From the NCBI GenBank assembly GCA_039934635.1, contig JBDTLT010000005.1:19846-83845 (forward strand): DNA of 64,000 nt. The letters run 5' to 3'. Position numbers and translations under genes: made by a program. This document shows, piece by piece, positions 36,089 through 44,133 of the stretch. The stretch comes from Acidimicrobiales bacterium. Its GTDB lineage: Bacteria; Actinomycetota; Acidimicrobiia; Acidimicrobiales; WLNW01. Position 1 is the stretch's first letter; every line of letters starts with the position of its first letter. A model generated the notes under the pieces. It was not told the DNA's origin. It did not search any database and saw only the letters and a list, made by a program, of their open reading frames with translations.

Positions 36089-38264
36089 GCTCTCGCGCCG
36101 CTTGGACCGCGGCCTTGCGGTCGCCCACACCGAGCTTGCGGTAGATCGCCCGGCAATGCGTCTTGACCGTGTTGAGCGACACGAACAATTCAGACGCGAT
36201 CTCGCGCTGTGACAACTTGGACGGCAGGTACCGCAAGACGGAAAGCTCGCGATCGGTCAATTGATCGATTGTCGGAGCGTCACGGGTCTTGCTGCGGGTG
36301 TTGACGCCGTGGCGAGATTCGACCCGCGCGAGGTACCGGCCCGCGATGCCAGGATCGGGAAGCTGATCCATGACGGCGCGTGCTTCTTCGAGAAGTAGCG
36401 CGGCGGCATCACCGAGCTCGGCGCAAGTGTCGCCGCACATCGCAAGGACGTAGCCGAGGACGAGTGGCGTCGATGCGCGTCGGGCGACGTCGATGGCATG
36501 TCCGACGTCGGCCCGCGGATCGTCGGCCCCGGTGCGCGATCGGATCGCATACGCCGGTGCGACGCTGTGATACGTGTCGAGCCCATACGCCTCCGCGGTC
36601 GTGATGGCGGTATTCGCCGCGGCGAGCGCGGCTGCGGTCGAGCCATCTTCGAATTCGACGACGGCGAGGTGCACGAGCGCGTTGACCTCGACGGCTCGGG
36701 CGCCTTCTCCGAGCGCCTTCTGCACGGCGAGCCGCAGGACGCGTCGCGCGTCGTCCGATTGTCCGGCCCATGCGAAGGCGGCGCCCGCGGCGGCGGCGCG
36801 CGTGCACGAGTGCGGAACGAGCTGGTCTGTCGCAGTGATCTCGCGCGCGACGGCGAGCGCGGTGGCGACGTCGCCACGAGCAAGCGCGTTGTTCATGCGC
36901 GGCGCGATCGCGAAGCCGAGGTCGAACGAATCCGGAGCGACCTCGGCCACGATGTCGAGCCATCGATCAGATTCGTCGTAGCGGCCGGCGAGGAACTCAC
37001 ACCAGCCATAGAGCAGTGCGGGCCACGCGGTCGTGCGAGTGGTGTCGCCGAGCTCCTGGAGGATGTCGCGAAGCGTGTCGCTCTGACCTTGGGCGAGCAG
37101 GCGCGGTCCCTCCACGCTCAGTAACTTCGCCACTTCGTCGACGGAGCCCGCAGCCAGCCAATGCACGATTGCTTGGCCGCCATCACCGCGCGCGGCGAAC
37201 CACGCCGCTGCTCTCGCGTGGAGTTCGGCAATGCGTTCAGGGTAGGTGTGCTGCGCTTCCAACCGAAGCAGATCGCGCAAGAGGTGGTGATAGCGGAACC
37301 AGGTGCCTGTGTGATCCAGACCGATGAGCAATTGATTGGCGCGGGCGGTGTCACGTAGCCACGTTGTGCCACCGGTTGCACCGGTGATGGCGTCGACGAG
37401 ATCGCCCGTCATCTGTTCGAGGATCGACGTCTGCAACAGGACGTGCCGGTCGTCGTCGCCGAGGGTCGCGAGCAGTTCGTCGCGTAGGTATTCGACAACG
37501 AGTTGGTCATCGCCACGGAAGGCCTCCACGAAACCAGCACGGTCCGACGCGCGGTCCAACGAGAACCCAGCGAGCACGAGTCCGGCAGCCCAGCCTTCGG
37601 TGCGACCGCACAACTGCTCGGCCAGTTCACGCTCGAGTGGCTGGCGCGCCGACCCGAGGAGCCCGGCCGTCTCGTCGGTGTCGAAGCGAAGGTCAGCGGC
37701 GCGCACTTCGGCGAGCCGATGGCGCACGCGTAGACGGCCGAGCCGAAACGGCGGATCGACACGGGTTGCGAGCACGATCGTCACGCGCTCGGGACACAGG
37801 TCGATGAGTCGCTCCATACCCCGGTGAATGCCTGCGTGGTCGATCAGGTGGTAGTCGTCGATCACCACGACGAGCGACTCAGACGGTTCGGCGAGTGAGT
37901 TCACGAGCGCGGACACGACCACGACATCGTCGCCCTGCGAACCCGCGACGACCGATGCCAGATCGGTCATCGCCGTCGCACGGGCCAACGCGATCGCTTG
38001 GATGACATAACTCCAGAACCGCGCGGGATCGCCATCTCGTTCTTCCACCTGCAACCACGCGACCGCGCCGGGCCGGCTCGCCGACCACGAGGCCAAGAGT
38101 GTGGATTTGCCCGAGCCTGCGGGCGCACTCACGAGTAGAAAGCGCGCACCTCCGTCCACTGCGTTGTCGAGCAGATCATCGAGGCGCGACCGCCGAATCA
38201 GCGAAGGAGGGGGCACGGGCGGGCGAAGCTTGGTCGCCGCCAGCCCCATTTCGAGTGCGGTCAT
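36075..38264 (-). CDS. MalT-like LuxR family regulator (AAA ATPase + TPR-like + LuxR HTH)
   Basis: Walker A LLVSAPAGSGKSTLL, Walker B-like VVVIDDYH, C-terminal LTDRELSVLRYLPSKLSQREIASELFVSLNTVKTHCRAIYRKLGV. Confidence 0.9.
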   Translation of the reverse strand: MTALEMGLAATKLRPPVPPPSLIRRSRLDDLLDNAVDGGARFLLVSAPAGSGKSTLLASWSASRPGAVAWLQVEERDGDPARFWSYVIQAIALARATAMTDLASVVAGSQGDDVVVVSALVNSLAEPSESLVVVIDDYHLIDHAGIHRGMERLIDLCPERVTIVLATRVDPPFRLGRLRVRHRLAEVRAADLRFDTDETAGLLGSARQPLERELAEQLCGRTEGWAAGLVLAGFSLDRASDRAGFVEAFRGDDQLVVEYLRDELLATLGDDDRHVLLQTSILEQMTGDLVDAITGATGGTTWLRDTARANQLLIGLDHTGTWFRYHHLLRDLLRLEAQHTYPERIAELHARAAAWFAARGDGGQAIVHWLAAGSVDEVAKLLSVEGPRLLAQGQSDTLRDILQELGDTTRTTAWPALLYGWCEFLAGRYDESDRWLDIVAEVAPDSFDLGFAIAPRMNNALARGDVATALAVAREITATDQLVPHSCTRAAAAGAAFAWAGQSDDARRVLRLAVQKALGEGARAVEVNALVHLAVVEFEDGSTAAALAAANTAITTAEAYGLDTYHSVAPAYAIRSRTGADDPRADVGHAIDVARRASTPLVLGYVLAMCGDTCAELGDAAALLLEEARAVMDQLPDPGIAGRYLARVESRHGVNTRSKTRDAPTIDQLTDRELSVLRYLPSKLSQREIASELFVSLNTVKTHCRAIYRKLGVGDRKAAVQAARELNVH

Positions 38265-38358
38265 CGTCCGTACGCTACGCGGCCCGGCACGGAGTCACCC
38301 GGGTGAGATTGCCGATCGTGCGAGGCGCGCTCATGCCGATCGGCGTGATGTTGGTGTC

Positions 38359-38622
38359 ATGCCCCAACCAACCACCTACGAGATCGTGCTGCGAGGCCGA
38401 GCGAGTGCTCGGGTCCTGCGGCCGCTCGTCGACGACTTCACCCTGGAATATCCCCGCGACGGAGTGACCCGCCTGGTCGGCGCCGTCAGCGATGCCGCGC
38501 ACCTGCACGGCATCTTGAGCCACCTCACGTCGGTGAACGTGGAACTCATCTCTGTCCGGGCCCTCGATCTCCACGCCCTCGATCTCCATCCAATCGACCC
38601 AAAAGGAAGCGCACGCTCATGA
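38359..38622 (+). CDS. small conserved hypothetical protein (87 aa)
   Basis: Track ORF 38101..38622 trimmed to ATG 38359. YEIVLRGRAS...LVGAVSDAAHLHGILSHLTSVNVELISVRAL resembles a small actinobacterial protein family of unknown function. Its stop overlaps the ABC ATPase start (ATGA). Confidence 0.55.
   Translation: MPQPTTYEIVLRGRASARVLRPLVDDFTLEYPRDGVTRLVGAVSDAAHLHGILSHLTSVNVELISVRALDLHALDLHPIDPKGSARS
38560..38589 (+). repeat. tandem 15-bp duplication (29/30 identical)
   Basis: GCCCTCGATCTCCAC GCCCTCGATCTCCAT, encoding ALDLH-ALDLH in the tail of the small protein. Confidence 0.85.
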
Positions 38623-39515
38623 TCACGGTCTCAGGAATCACCAAGCGCTACGGCACGCGAATCGCCGTCGACGATATGAGCTTCGACGTAGCCGCCGGCC
38701 GCGTCACGGGTTTCGTCGGCCCGAACGGGGCGGGCAAATCGACGACCATGCGAATGATGGTCGGGCTCACTCGACCCGACCGTGGCGAGGTCCGCTACGA
38801 CGGCGTCGACTTCACGAAGCTGCGCACACCCGCTCGCGTTGTCGGATCGGTCCTCGATGCGCGGTGCATGCACCCCGGTCGCACTGCTCGCAATCACCTT
38901 CGGGCGACGGCCGCCATCAGTGGTATCGATGGCCGCCGGGCGAATGAGGTGTTGGCCGAGGTCGGGCTCGAGACCGCGGCCGACCAGCGCGCCGGTGGCT
39001 TCTCGCTCGGGATGCGGCAGCGGCTGGCGCTTGCCGGCGCACTACTCGGCGATCCCGAGGTGTTGCTGCTCGACGAACCGTCGAACGGTCTCGACCCCGA
39101 TGGCATCCGATGGCTGCGCAACTACCTCCGCAGCTTCGCCGATCGTGGAGGCACGGTCTTCGTCTCGAGCCACCTCATCAGCGAGCTCGCCATGTTCGCC
39201 GATGATCTCGTGGTGGTCGGTGGAGCAAAGCTGCTCGCTGCGGAATCGGTCGACGCGATCACCGCTCGCAGCGGCATCGCAGTGATCGTCGAAACCCCGG
39301 AACCGGCGGATCTCGTCAGCGCACTGTCGGTGCATGGCCTTGTCGCCGAAGTCACCGGCGAGCGACTGCTCGTGCGGGGCACGACGAAGGCGGCGGTTTC
39401 GCAGATCGCCTTCGATGCCCGCATCCGTGTGCTCGGCCTCACGGAAACCTCGCAATCCCTCGAAGACAGCCTGCTCGAGATGACGAAGGCGTCTGCCGAG
39501 TTCGCCTCCGCTTGA
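38619..39515 (+). CDS. ABC transporter ATP-binding protein (ABC-2 / DrrA-like)
   Basis: Walker A GPNGAGKSTT, signature-like FSLGMRQRL, Walker B LLLDEPSNGLD. Confidence 0.9.
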   Translation: MITVSGITKRYGTRIAVDDMSFDVAAGRVTGFVGPNGAGKSTTMRMMVGLTRPDRGEVRYDGVDFTKLRTPARVVGSVLDARCMHPGRTARNHLRATAAISGIDGRRANEVLAEVGLETAADQRAGGFSLGMRQRLALAGALLGDPEVLLLDEPSNGLDPDGIRWLRNYLRSFADRGGTVFVSSHLISELAMFADDLVVVGGAKLLAAESVDAITARSGIAVIVETPEPADLVSALSVHGLVAEVTGERLLVRGTTKAAVSQIAFDARIRVLGLTETSQSLEDSLLEMTKASAEFASA

Positions 39516-39553
39516 TTTGCCCGACAACAACAACTCACAAAAGGAACCGACCC

Positions 39554-40393
39554 ATGACTATCACCGCAACTCCATCGATCGACTCATCACACGCGCCCAC
39601 CGGCGCAGCTCGATTCTCGCGAGCGACCCGAACCAGACATGACGACGTGAGGGCGGTGCGCACCGTGCTCCGGAGCGAATGGATCAAGCTCTCGTCCGTT
39701 CGTGTCAACACCGTGATCCTCGGGGGCACCGCCGCCATCGGAGCTTTCGTTTCGTGGGCATGCGCCACGTTCGTGACCGACGAAGTGCAAACCGTCTCCG
39801 AAGTCTTCATCTTCTCGACCGTGCTCACCGCAGTGATTGCCGCGGTCGCGGGGATCGTGTTGTTCACCGCCGAAGCGCAACACGGCACTCTGGCCACGGC
39901 CCTCGCGGCGCAACCGGCGCGGTGGGTCCTCGTCGCGGCGAAGACGGTTGCGGCGGCGGCGTTCGGGCTTGTGCTCGGGGCCGCCGGTATGACCGCCGGC
40001 TTCGCCGGCGCGGTACTCGGTGGTCTCGCCATGGGCGACACGTCCACCATGGTAGTGACCACGCTGTGGGCGCTGCTGTTCACTTCGCTGTCTGCAGTGC
40101 TCGGGTTGGGTTTCGGCCTGATCGTTCGCCACACCGCGGGAACCATCACCGGTGTGTTGGTGTGGGGGCTCGTCATCGAGAACATGCTCACCGTGTTCAC
40201 CGCCGAGCAGGTCTCGCGCTTTCTCCCCTTCGTCGCCGGCAACAACCTTCTCGGCATCGAAGGCGAAGGCGCCTTCGCCGAGAATCCCGCGCTCGCGCTG
40301 ACCCGCCCCCAGGATGCGCTCATCTTTGGTGGGTATGCGATCGCCGCACTGGCCATCGGGACCGTCCTGCTCTACCGGCGTGACGCGAACTGA
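39554..40393 (+). CDS. ABC-2 type transporter permease
   Basis: Trimmed to ATG 39554 (AAGGAA upstream). About six hydrophobic segments. Immediately follows the ATPase. Confidence 0.75.
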   Translation: MTITATPSIDSSHAPTGAARFSRATRTRHDDVRAVRTVLRSEWIKLSSVRVNTVILGGTAAIGAFVSWACATFVTDEVQTVSEVFIFSTVLTAVIAAVAGIVLFTAEAQHGTLATALAAQPARWVLVAAKTVAAAAFGLVLGAAGMTAGFAGAVLGGLAMGDTSTMVVTTLWALLFTSLSAVLGLGFGLIVRHTAGTITGVLVWGLVIENMLTVFTAEQVSRFLPFVAGNNLLGIEGEGAFAENPALALTRPQDALIFGGYAIAALAIGTVLLYRRDAN

Positions 40394-40429
40394 TCTGAGC
40401 GCGCGGGCCTCACGCCGTAACATCGAGTC

Positions 40430-41278
40430 GTGAACATCGCTGCGGGGATCGACGCTCTACGTCGCGACGGGTTCGTTGTGTTCGACAACGTGGTGCCGGC
40501 GAGTTTGTGTGATGCCGTCATCGACGCGATTGGTTCGGAATGCGGGGTTCGACTCGATGACTCGGCGACCTGATCGCGGATATCGACCGAGAACGACCAG
40601 ATCCCGTTGTGGGCGCACCAATCGCAATGGAACATCCGTCAGCTACCCGTCCTCTACGAGATCTGGTCGAGCATCTGGAATCGTCACGACCTGTGGACCG
40701 ACATCAATTCCTGTCGTGTCACTCCACCGTGGCGTGAGGGGAATGCCGACGCGCTGCCCATCCATTTCGACGTCGATCCCCACGACTCGACGCAGCAGTG
40801 GTATCCGGGCATCGTCGCTCTGACCGATGCCCCGCGTGGCCAAGGTGGCTTCCGGTGTGTGCCATCGATGTTCCGCGATCGTGCGAGTTGGCCGACGGCC
40901 TGGCCTACATCTCGTCACGGCGTCGAGTACCGCCCGGCGACCGAAGGCCATGAGGTCGTCGAGGTGCCATTGCGCAAGGGCGACCTGCTCATCCTCGACT
41001 CCCATTTGCCGCACGGCACGACGCGCACTACGGGACCTTCACCTCGAGCGGTCTTCTACCTGCAATTGCATCCCTGCGGCACCGAGTCCGAGCGTCGGAC
41101 TCGGCTCGATGATGTGCGACTGGGGCGGTGTCCGTCATGGTGGCGATGGAAGCCCGGGCACGACCGCCTCGATCCTCGAACGCCCGAACTGACCGCAATC
41201 GGACACCGCCTGCTGGGTACGATCGCCTGGCACGGAGCCGAGATCGCTACCGCGCGCGAGCCATCGGTCGATAGGTGA
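40430..41278 (+). pseudogene. phytanoyl-CoA dioxygenase (PhyH)-like Fe(II)/2OG oxygenase with in-frame TGA at 40571-40573
   Basis: GTG 40430 gives VNIAAGIDALRRDGFVVFDNVVPASLCDAVIDAI...RLDDSAT-TGA-SRIS...WAHQSQWNIRQLPVLYEIW in a single frame. HxD (IHFDVD) and distal His (LDSHLPHGT) are present downstream. Track ORF 40607..41278 is the 3' part. Confidence 0.6.
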
Positions 41279-41828
41279 CCACGACGTTGCCGTTGGCAAA
41301 CGCCCGAGTGTTGGTGCGTTCCATTTCGAATCGGTCTTCGATGCCTTCGAACAAGGTGCGCCCGGCGCCGAGCACGATCGGCACGACCACGAACTGATAG
41401 CTGTCGATGAGATCGGCGCGGGCCATCTGCGCCACGATCGTGCCGCTACCCATGATCACCATGTCGGGCCCGTCCTCGGCCTTCAGGCGGCGGACTTCGT
41501 CCTCGATGCCGTTGCTGATGAGCGTGGTGTTCTCCCACGTCACCTTGTCGAGCGTGTGTGAGAACACGATTTTCGGCAGCGCGTTCATCTGCTTGGCGAT
41601 GACGGGTTGCACTTCGAACGCGGCCGGTGTCGGCCAGAACCCGGCCATCAATTCGTAGGTGACCCGACCGAACAGCAACACCCCACCGCCGCTGGCGTTC
41701 TGGTTGCCGAATTCGTCCCACTCGGGGTCAGGCCGATCACCTTCGCGGTGTGCCCATGACATGTCTCCGTGCGTATCGGTGAAGTATCCGTCGAGTGAAA
41801 TCTGATTGAACACGTCGAGTTTGCGCAT
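41247..41828 (-). CDS. dihydrofolate reductase-like (RibD C-terminal domain) family protein
   Basis: Trimmed to ATG 41828 (AGGAG upstream). MRKLDVFNQISLDGYFTD...VVVPIVLGAGRTLF is typical of RibD_C family proteins. Confidence 0.8.
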   Translation of the reverse strand: MRKLDVFNQISLDGYFTDTHGDMSWAHREGDRPDPEWDEFGNQNASGGGVLLFGRVTYELMAGFWPTPAAFEVQPVIAKQMNALPKIVFSHTLDKVTWENTTLISNGIEDEVRRLKAEDGPDMVIMGSGTIVAQMARADLIDSYQFVVVPIVLGAGRTLFEGIEDRFEMERTNTRAFANGNVVVTYRPMARAR

Positions 41829-41847
41829 TGGTGCGCTCCTGACGCGT

Positions 41848-44133
41848 TCAGTCATACGCGTGCGCGGCGCGTTGCATGGCGCGGTACACGAGTTGCGGAT
41901 CGTAGGGAGCTGCGTCGCCCGGCAGGTACGTCACTGATGAGAGATCGCCGCAGTAGGGGAACGAGCCGTGTCGTTCGTAGAGCGGCCACGATACCGGGGA
42001 TCGGCGATCGAGGCCGATGTCGATGCCCTGCAGTGGAGCGATCCACAACAGCATGTTCATCCGATCGAGGTGCGCCGCCGGCAGGCCATCGACGAGCACG
42101 ACGAAGTCCCAGGCGAAGGTGTCGACGGCGGTGGCTCGCAGTGTGACGACGTGGGCGCCGGCCTTCATCGCGCCAGCGTCGATGTCGTGCAGGCTGCCGT
42201 AGTCGTTGTACGCGAATCGAAGGTGTTCGTCTTCGATGTAGACGCTGTAGCCGCCACCCTGGTCGCCGTGCGCGACCAAAACGCCTTGGTCTCCCGGCAA
42301 GAAGTCGAGCTCGATGAGGACATCGAAGGAACGCAGTGAAGTCAGGCGCGATGCGACGTAACGCTCGATGTGCGGTGTCCCCGGCAGAAGTGTCATCGGC
42401 CGAGCGATGTCGGTTGGTGCGCGCGCGTCACGCATGTACCCGGTGCCATCGTCGAGCGGGAAGACGCAGTTCTCCCACGCGGCCTGCTCCCATGAGTCCG
42501 CGAGTGCGGCAACGACGTCCGGGTGGTCAGTCGCAACGTTCGTCGTTTCGGTCGGGTCGGCGTGAATGTCGTACAGCTCCCACTGCTCGTCGGCGGCGAC
42601 GGCGCGGGCCGCCCGGCCCGTCATCACCAGCTTCCACTTGTCGCGGAAGTAGGCGCGGTTGCCGACCATCTCGATGTACTGCTCCGACCGATCGTCGAGG
42701 GTGTTCGATCCGCGCAACGCGTCGGCAAACGAAACTCCGTCGATCGGTGCGCCGTCGCGCGGAGCCCCGGTGAGGTCCAAGAGGGTCGGCAACAGATCGG
42801 TGACGTAACGGAACTCTCGGTGCAACTCGCCCACTCGCTCGGGCAGGCCGCTCGGCCACGACATGACGAAGGGAACGCGCACCCCGCCGGCAAGTGTGTG
42901 CGCCTTGTACATGCGAAACGGCGTGTTGGACGCCATGCCCCATCCGCGGGGGTAGTGCACCATCGCTCGCGGGCTGCCGATGAGGCTCGGATCGCGATCG
43001 ATGTCGCGCCGCCAGTCACGGGGCAGCCCGGGCAGGTGGGCGAGCTGCGCGAAGTAGCTACGGGTTCCTCGCAGGCCACCTTCGCCGGTGCCCCCGTTGT
43101 CCGACGTGAAGATGACGATCGTGTTGTCGAGCTCGCCGAGCGCCTCGAGCGTGCCGAGGAGGCGGCCGAGGTTCTGATCGACATTGTCGACCATCGCGGC
43201 GTACACCTCTTGGTAACGAGCGAACAACGCTTGGTCTTGCGCGTCGAGATCGTCCCATGCGGGAACTTCGTTGAAGGGTTCGTTGTTGCGGGGCGGCAGT
43301 TGCGTGCCGGGAGGAAAGAACCCGTCGGCGATCTGTTTGGCGAATCGACGATCGCGCAATATGTCCCAGCCGGTCGCGTATTTCCCTGAGTACTTCGCGA
43401 TGTCGGCCGGCTTCGCGTGAAGCGGACCGTGCACGGCGAGGTGGGCGAAGTACATGAAGAACGGCTTTTGCGACTCGGCCCGGTGGGCCAAGATCAGCGA
43501 GATCGCTTCGTCGGTGAGATTGTCGGTGAGGTAGAAGTCCTTCGGATATTCGTCGATCGCTACCGGCGAGTTGTCTCGGATCAGCCGGTGAGGATGATGC
43601 AAGTTCGTCAGACCTTCGAGGACGCCGTAGTAGCGATCGAAGCCACGTTGCGTTGGCCACGACGACCGATCGGAGGCGTCGCTCATCGAAGATTCCTTCG
43701 TGAGATGCCACTTGCCGATGGCAAATGTCGAATAACCGGCGGCGCGCAGCTGTTCGGCCATCGTGGGCACGTCGCGCGAGATCTCGAACGTGAAACCCGG
43801 GAAGCCCGGGTCGGCGTTGGCGACAAAACCGAAGCCGGCGCGGTGCGGATTGAGGCCGGTGAGTAGCGCCGCGCGTGACGGTGAGCAGACAGGGCTTGTG
43901 TGGTAGTTGGTGAATCGGACACCGCGAGCAGCCAAGCGATCGAGATTCGGTGTGTCGATCTCCGATCCGAACGGCCCGATGTCGCTGAAGCCCATGTCGT
44001 CCATCAGGACGATGACGACATTCGGCGCATCGCGCGGAGCACGGTGAGGCGTTGGCCACCAAGGCGTCGATTCGCCAAGGGTGCGCCCGACGGTCGCGCC
44101 GTGCCCCGGATAGGTGCGCTGCGTCGAGGTCAT
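41848..44133 (-). CDS. arylsulfatase (Cys-type sulfatase, AtsA-like, 761 aa)
   Basis: VVIVLMDDMGFSDIG and formylglycine motif SPVCSPSRAALLTG (CxPxR). The long C-terminal extension is typical of large actinobacterial arylsulfatases. Confidence 0.9.
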   Translation of the reverse strand: MTSTQRTYPGHGATVGRTLGESTPWWPTPHRAPRDAPNVVIVLMDDMGFSDIGPFGSEIDTPNLDRLAARGVRFTNYHTSPVCSPSRAALLTGLNPHRAGFGFVANADPGFPGFTFEISRDVPTMAEQLRAAGYSTFAIGKWHLTKESSMSDASDRSSWPTQRGFDRYYGVLEGLTNLHHPHRLIRDNSPVAIDEYPKDFYLTDNLTDEAISLILAHRAESQKPFFMYFAHLAVHGPLHAKPADIAKYSGKYATGWDILRDRRFAKQIADGFFPPGTQLPPRNNEPFNEVPAWDDLDAQDQALFARYQEVYAAMVDNVDQNLGRLLGTLEALGELDNTIVIFTSDNGGTGEGGLRGTRSYFAQLAHLPGLPRDWRRDIDRDPSLIGSPRAMVHYPRGWGMASNTPFRMYKAHTLAGGVRVPFVMSWPSGLPERVGELHREFRYVTDLLPTLLDLTGAPRDGAPIDGVSFADALRGSNTLDDRSEQYIEMVGNRAYFRDKWKLVMTGRAARAVAADEQWELYDIHADPTETTNVATDHPDVVAALADSWEQAAWENCVFPLDDGTGYMRDARAPTDIARPMTLLPGTPHIERYVASRLTSLRSFDVLIELDFLPGDQGVLVAHGDQGGGYSVYIEDEHLRFAYNDYGSLHDIDAGAMKAGAHVVTLRATAVDTFAWDFVVLVDGLPAAHLDRMNMLLWIAPLQGIDIGLDRRSPVSWPLYERHGSFPYCGDLSSVTYLPGDAAPYDPQLVYRAMQRAAHAYD

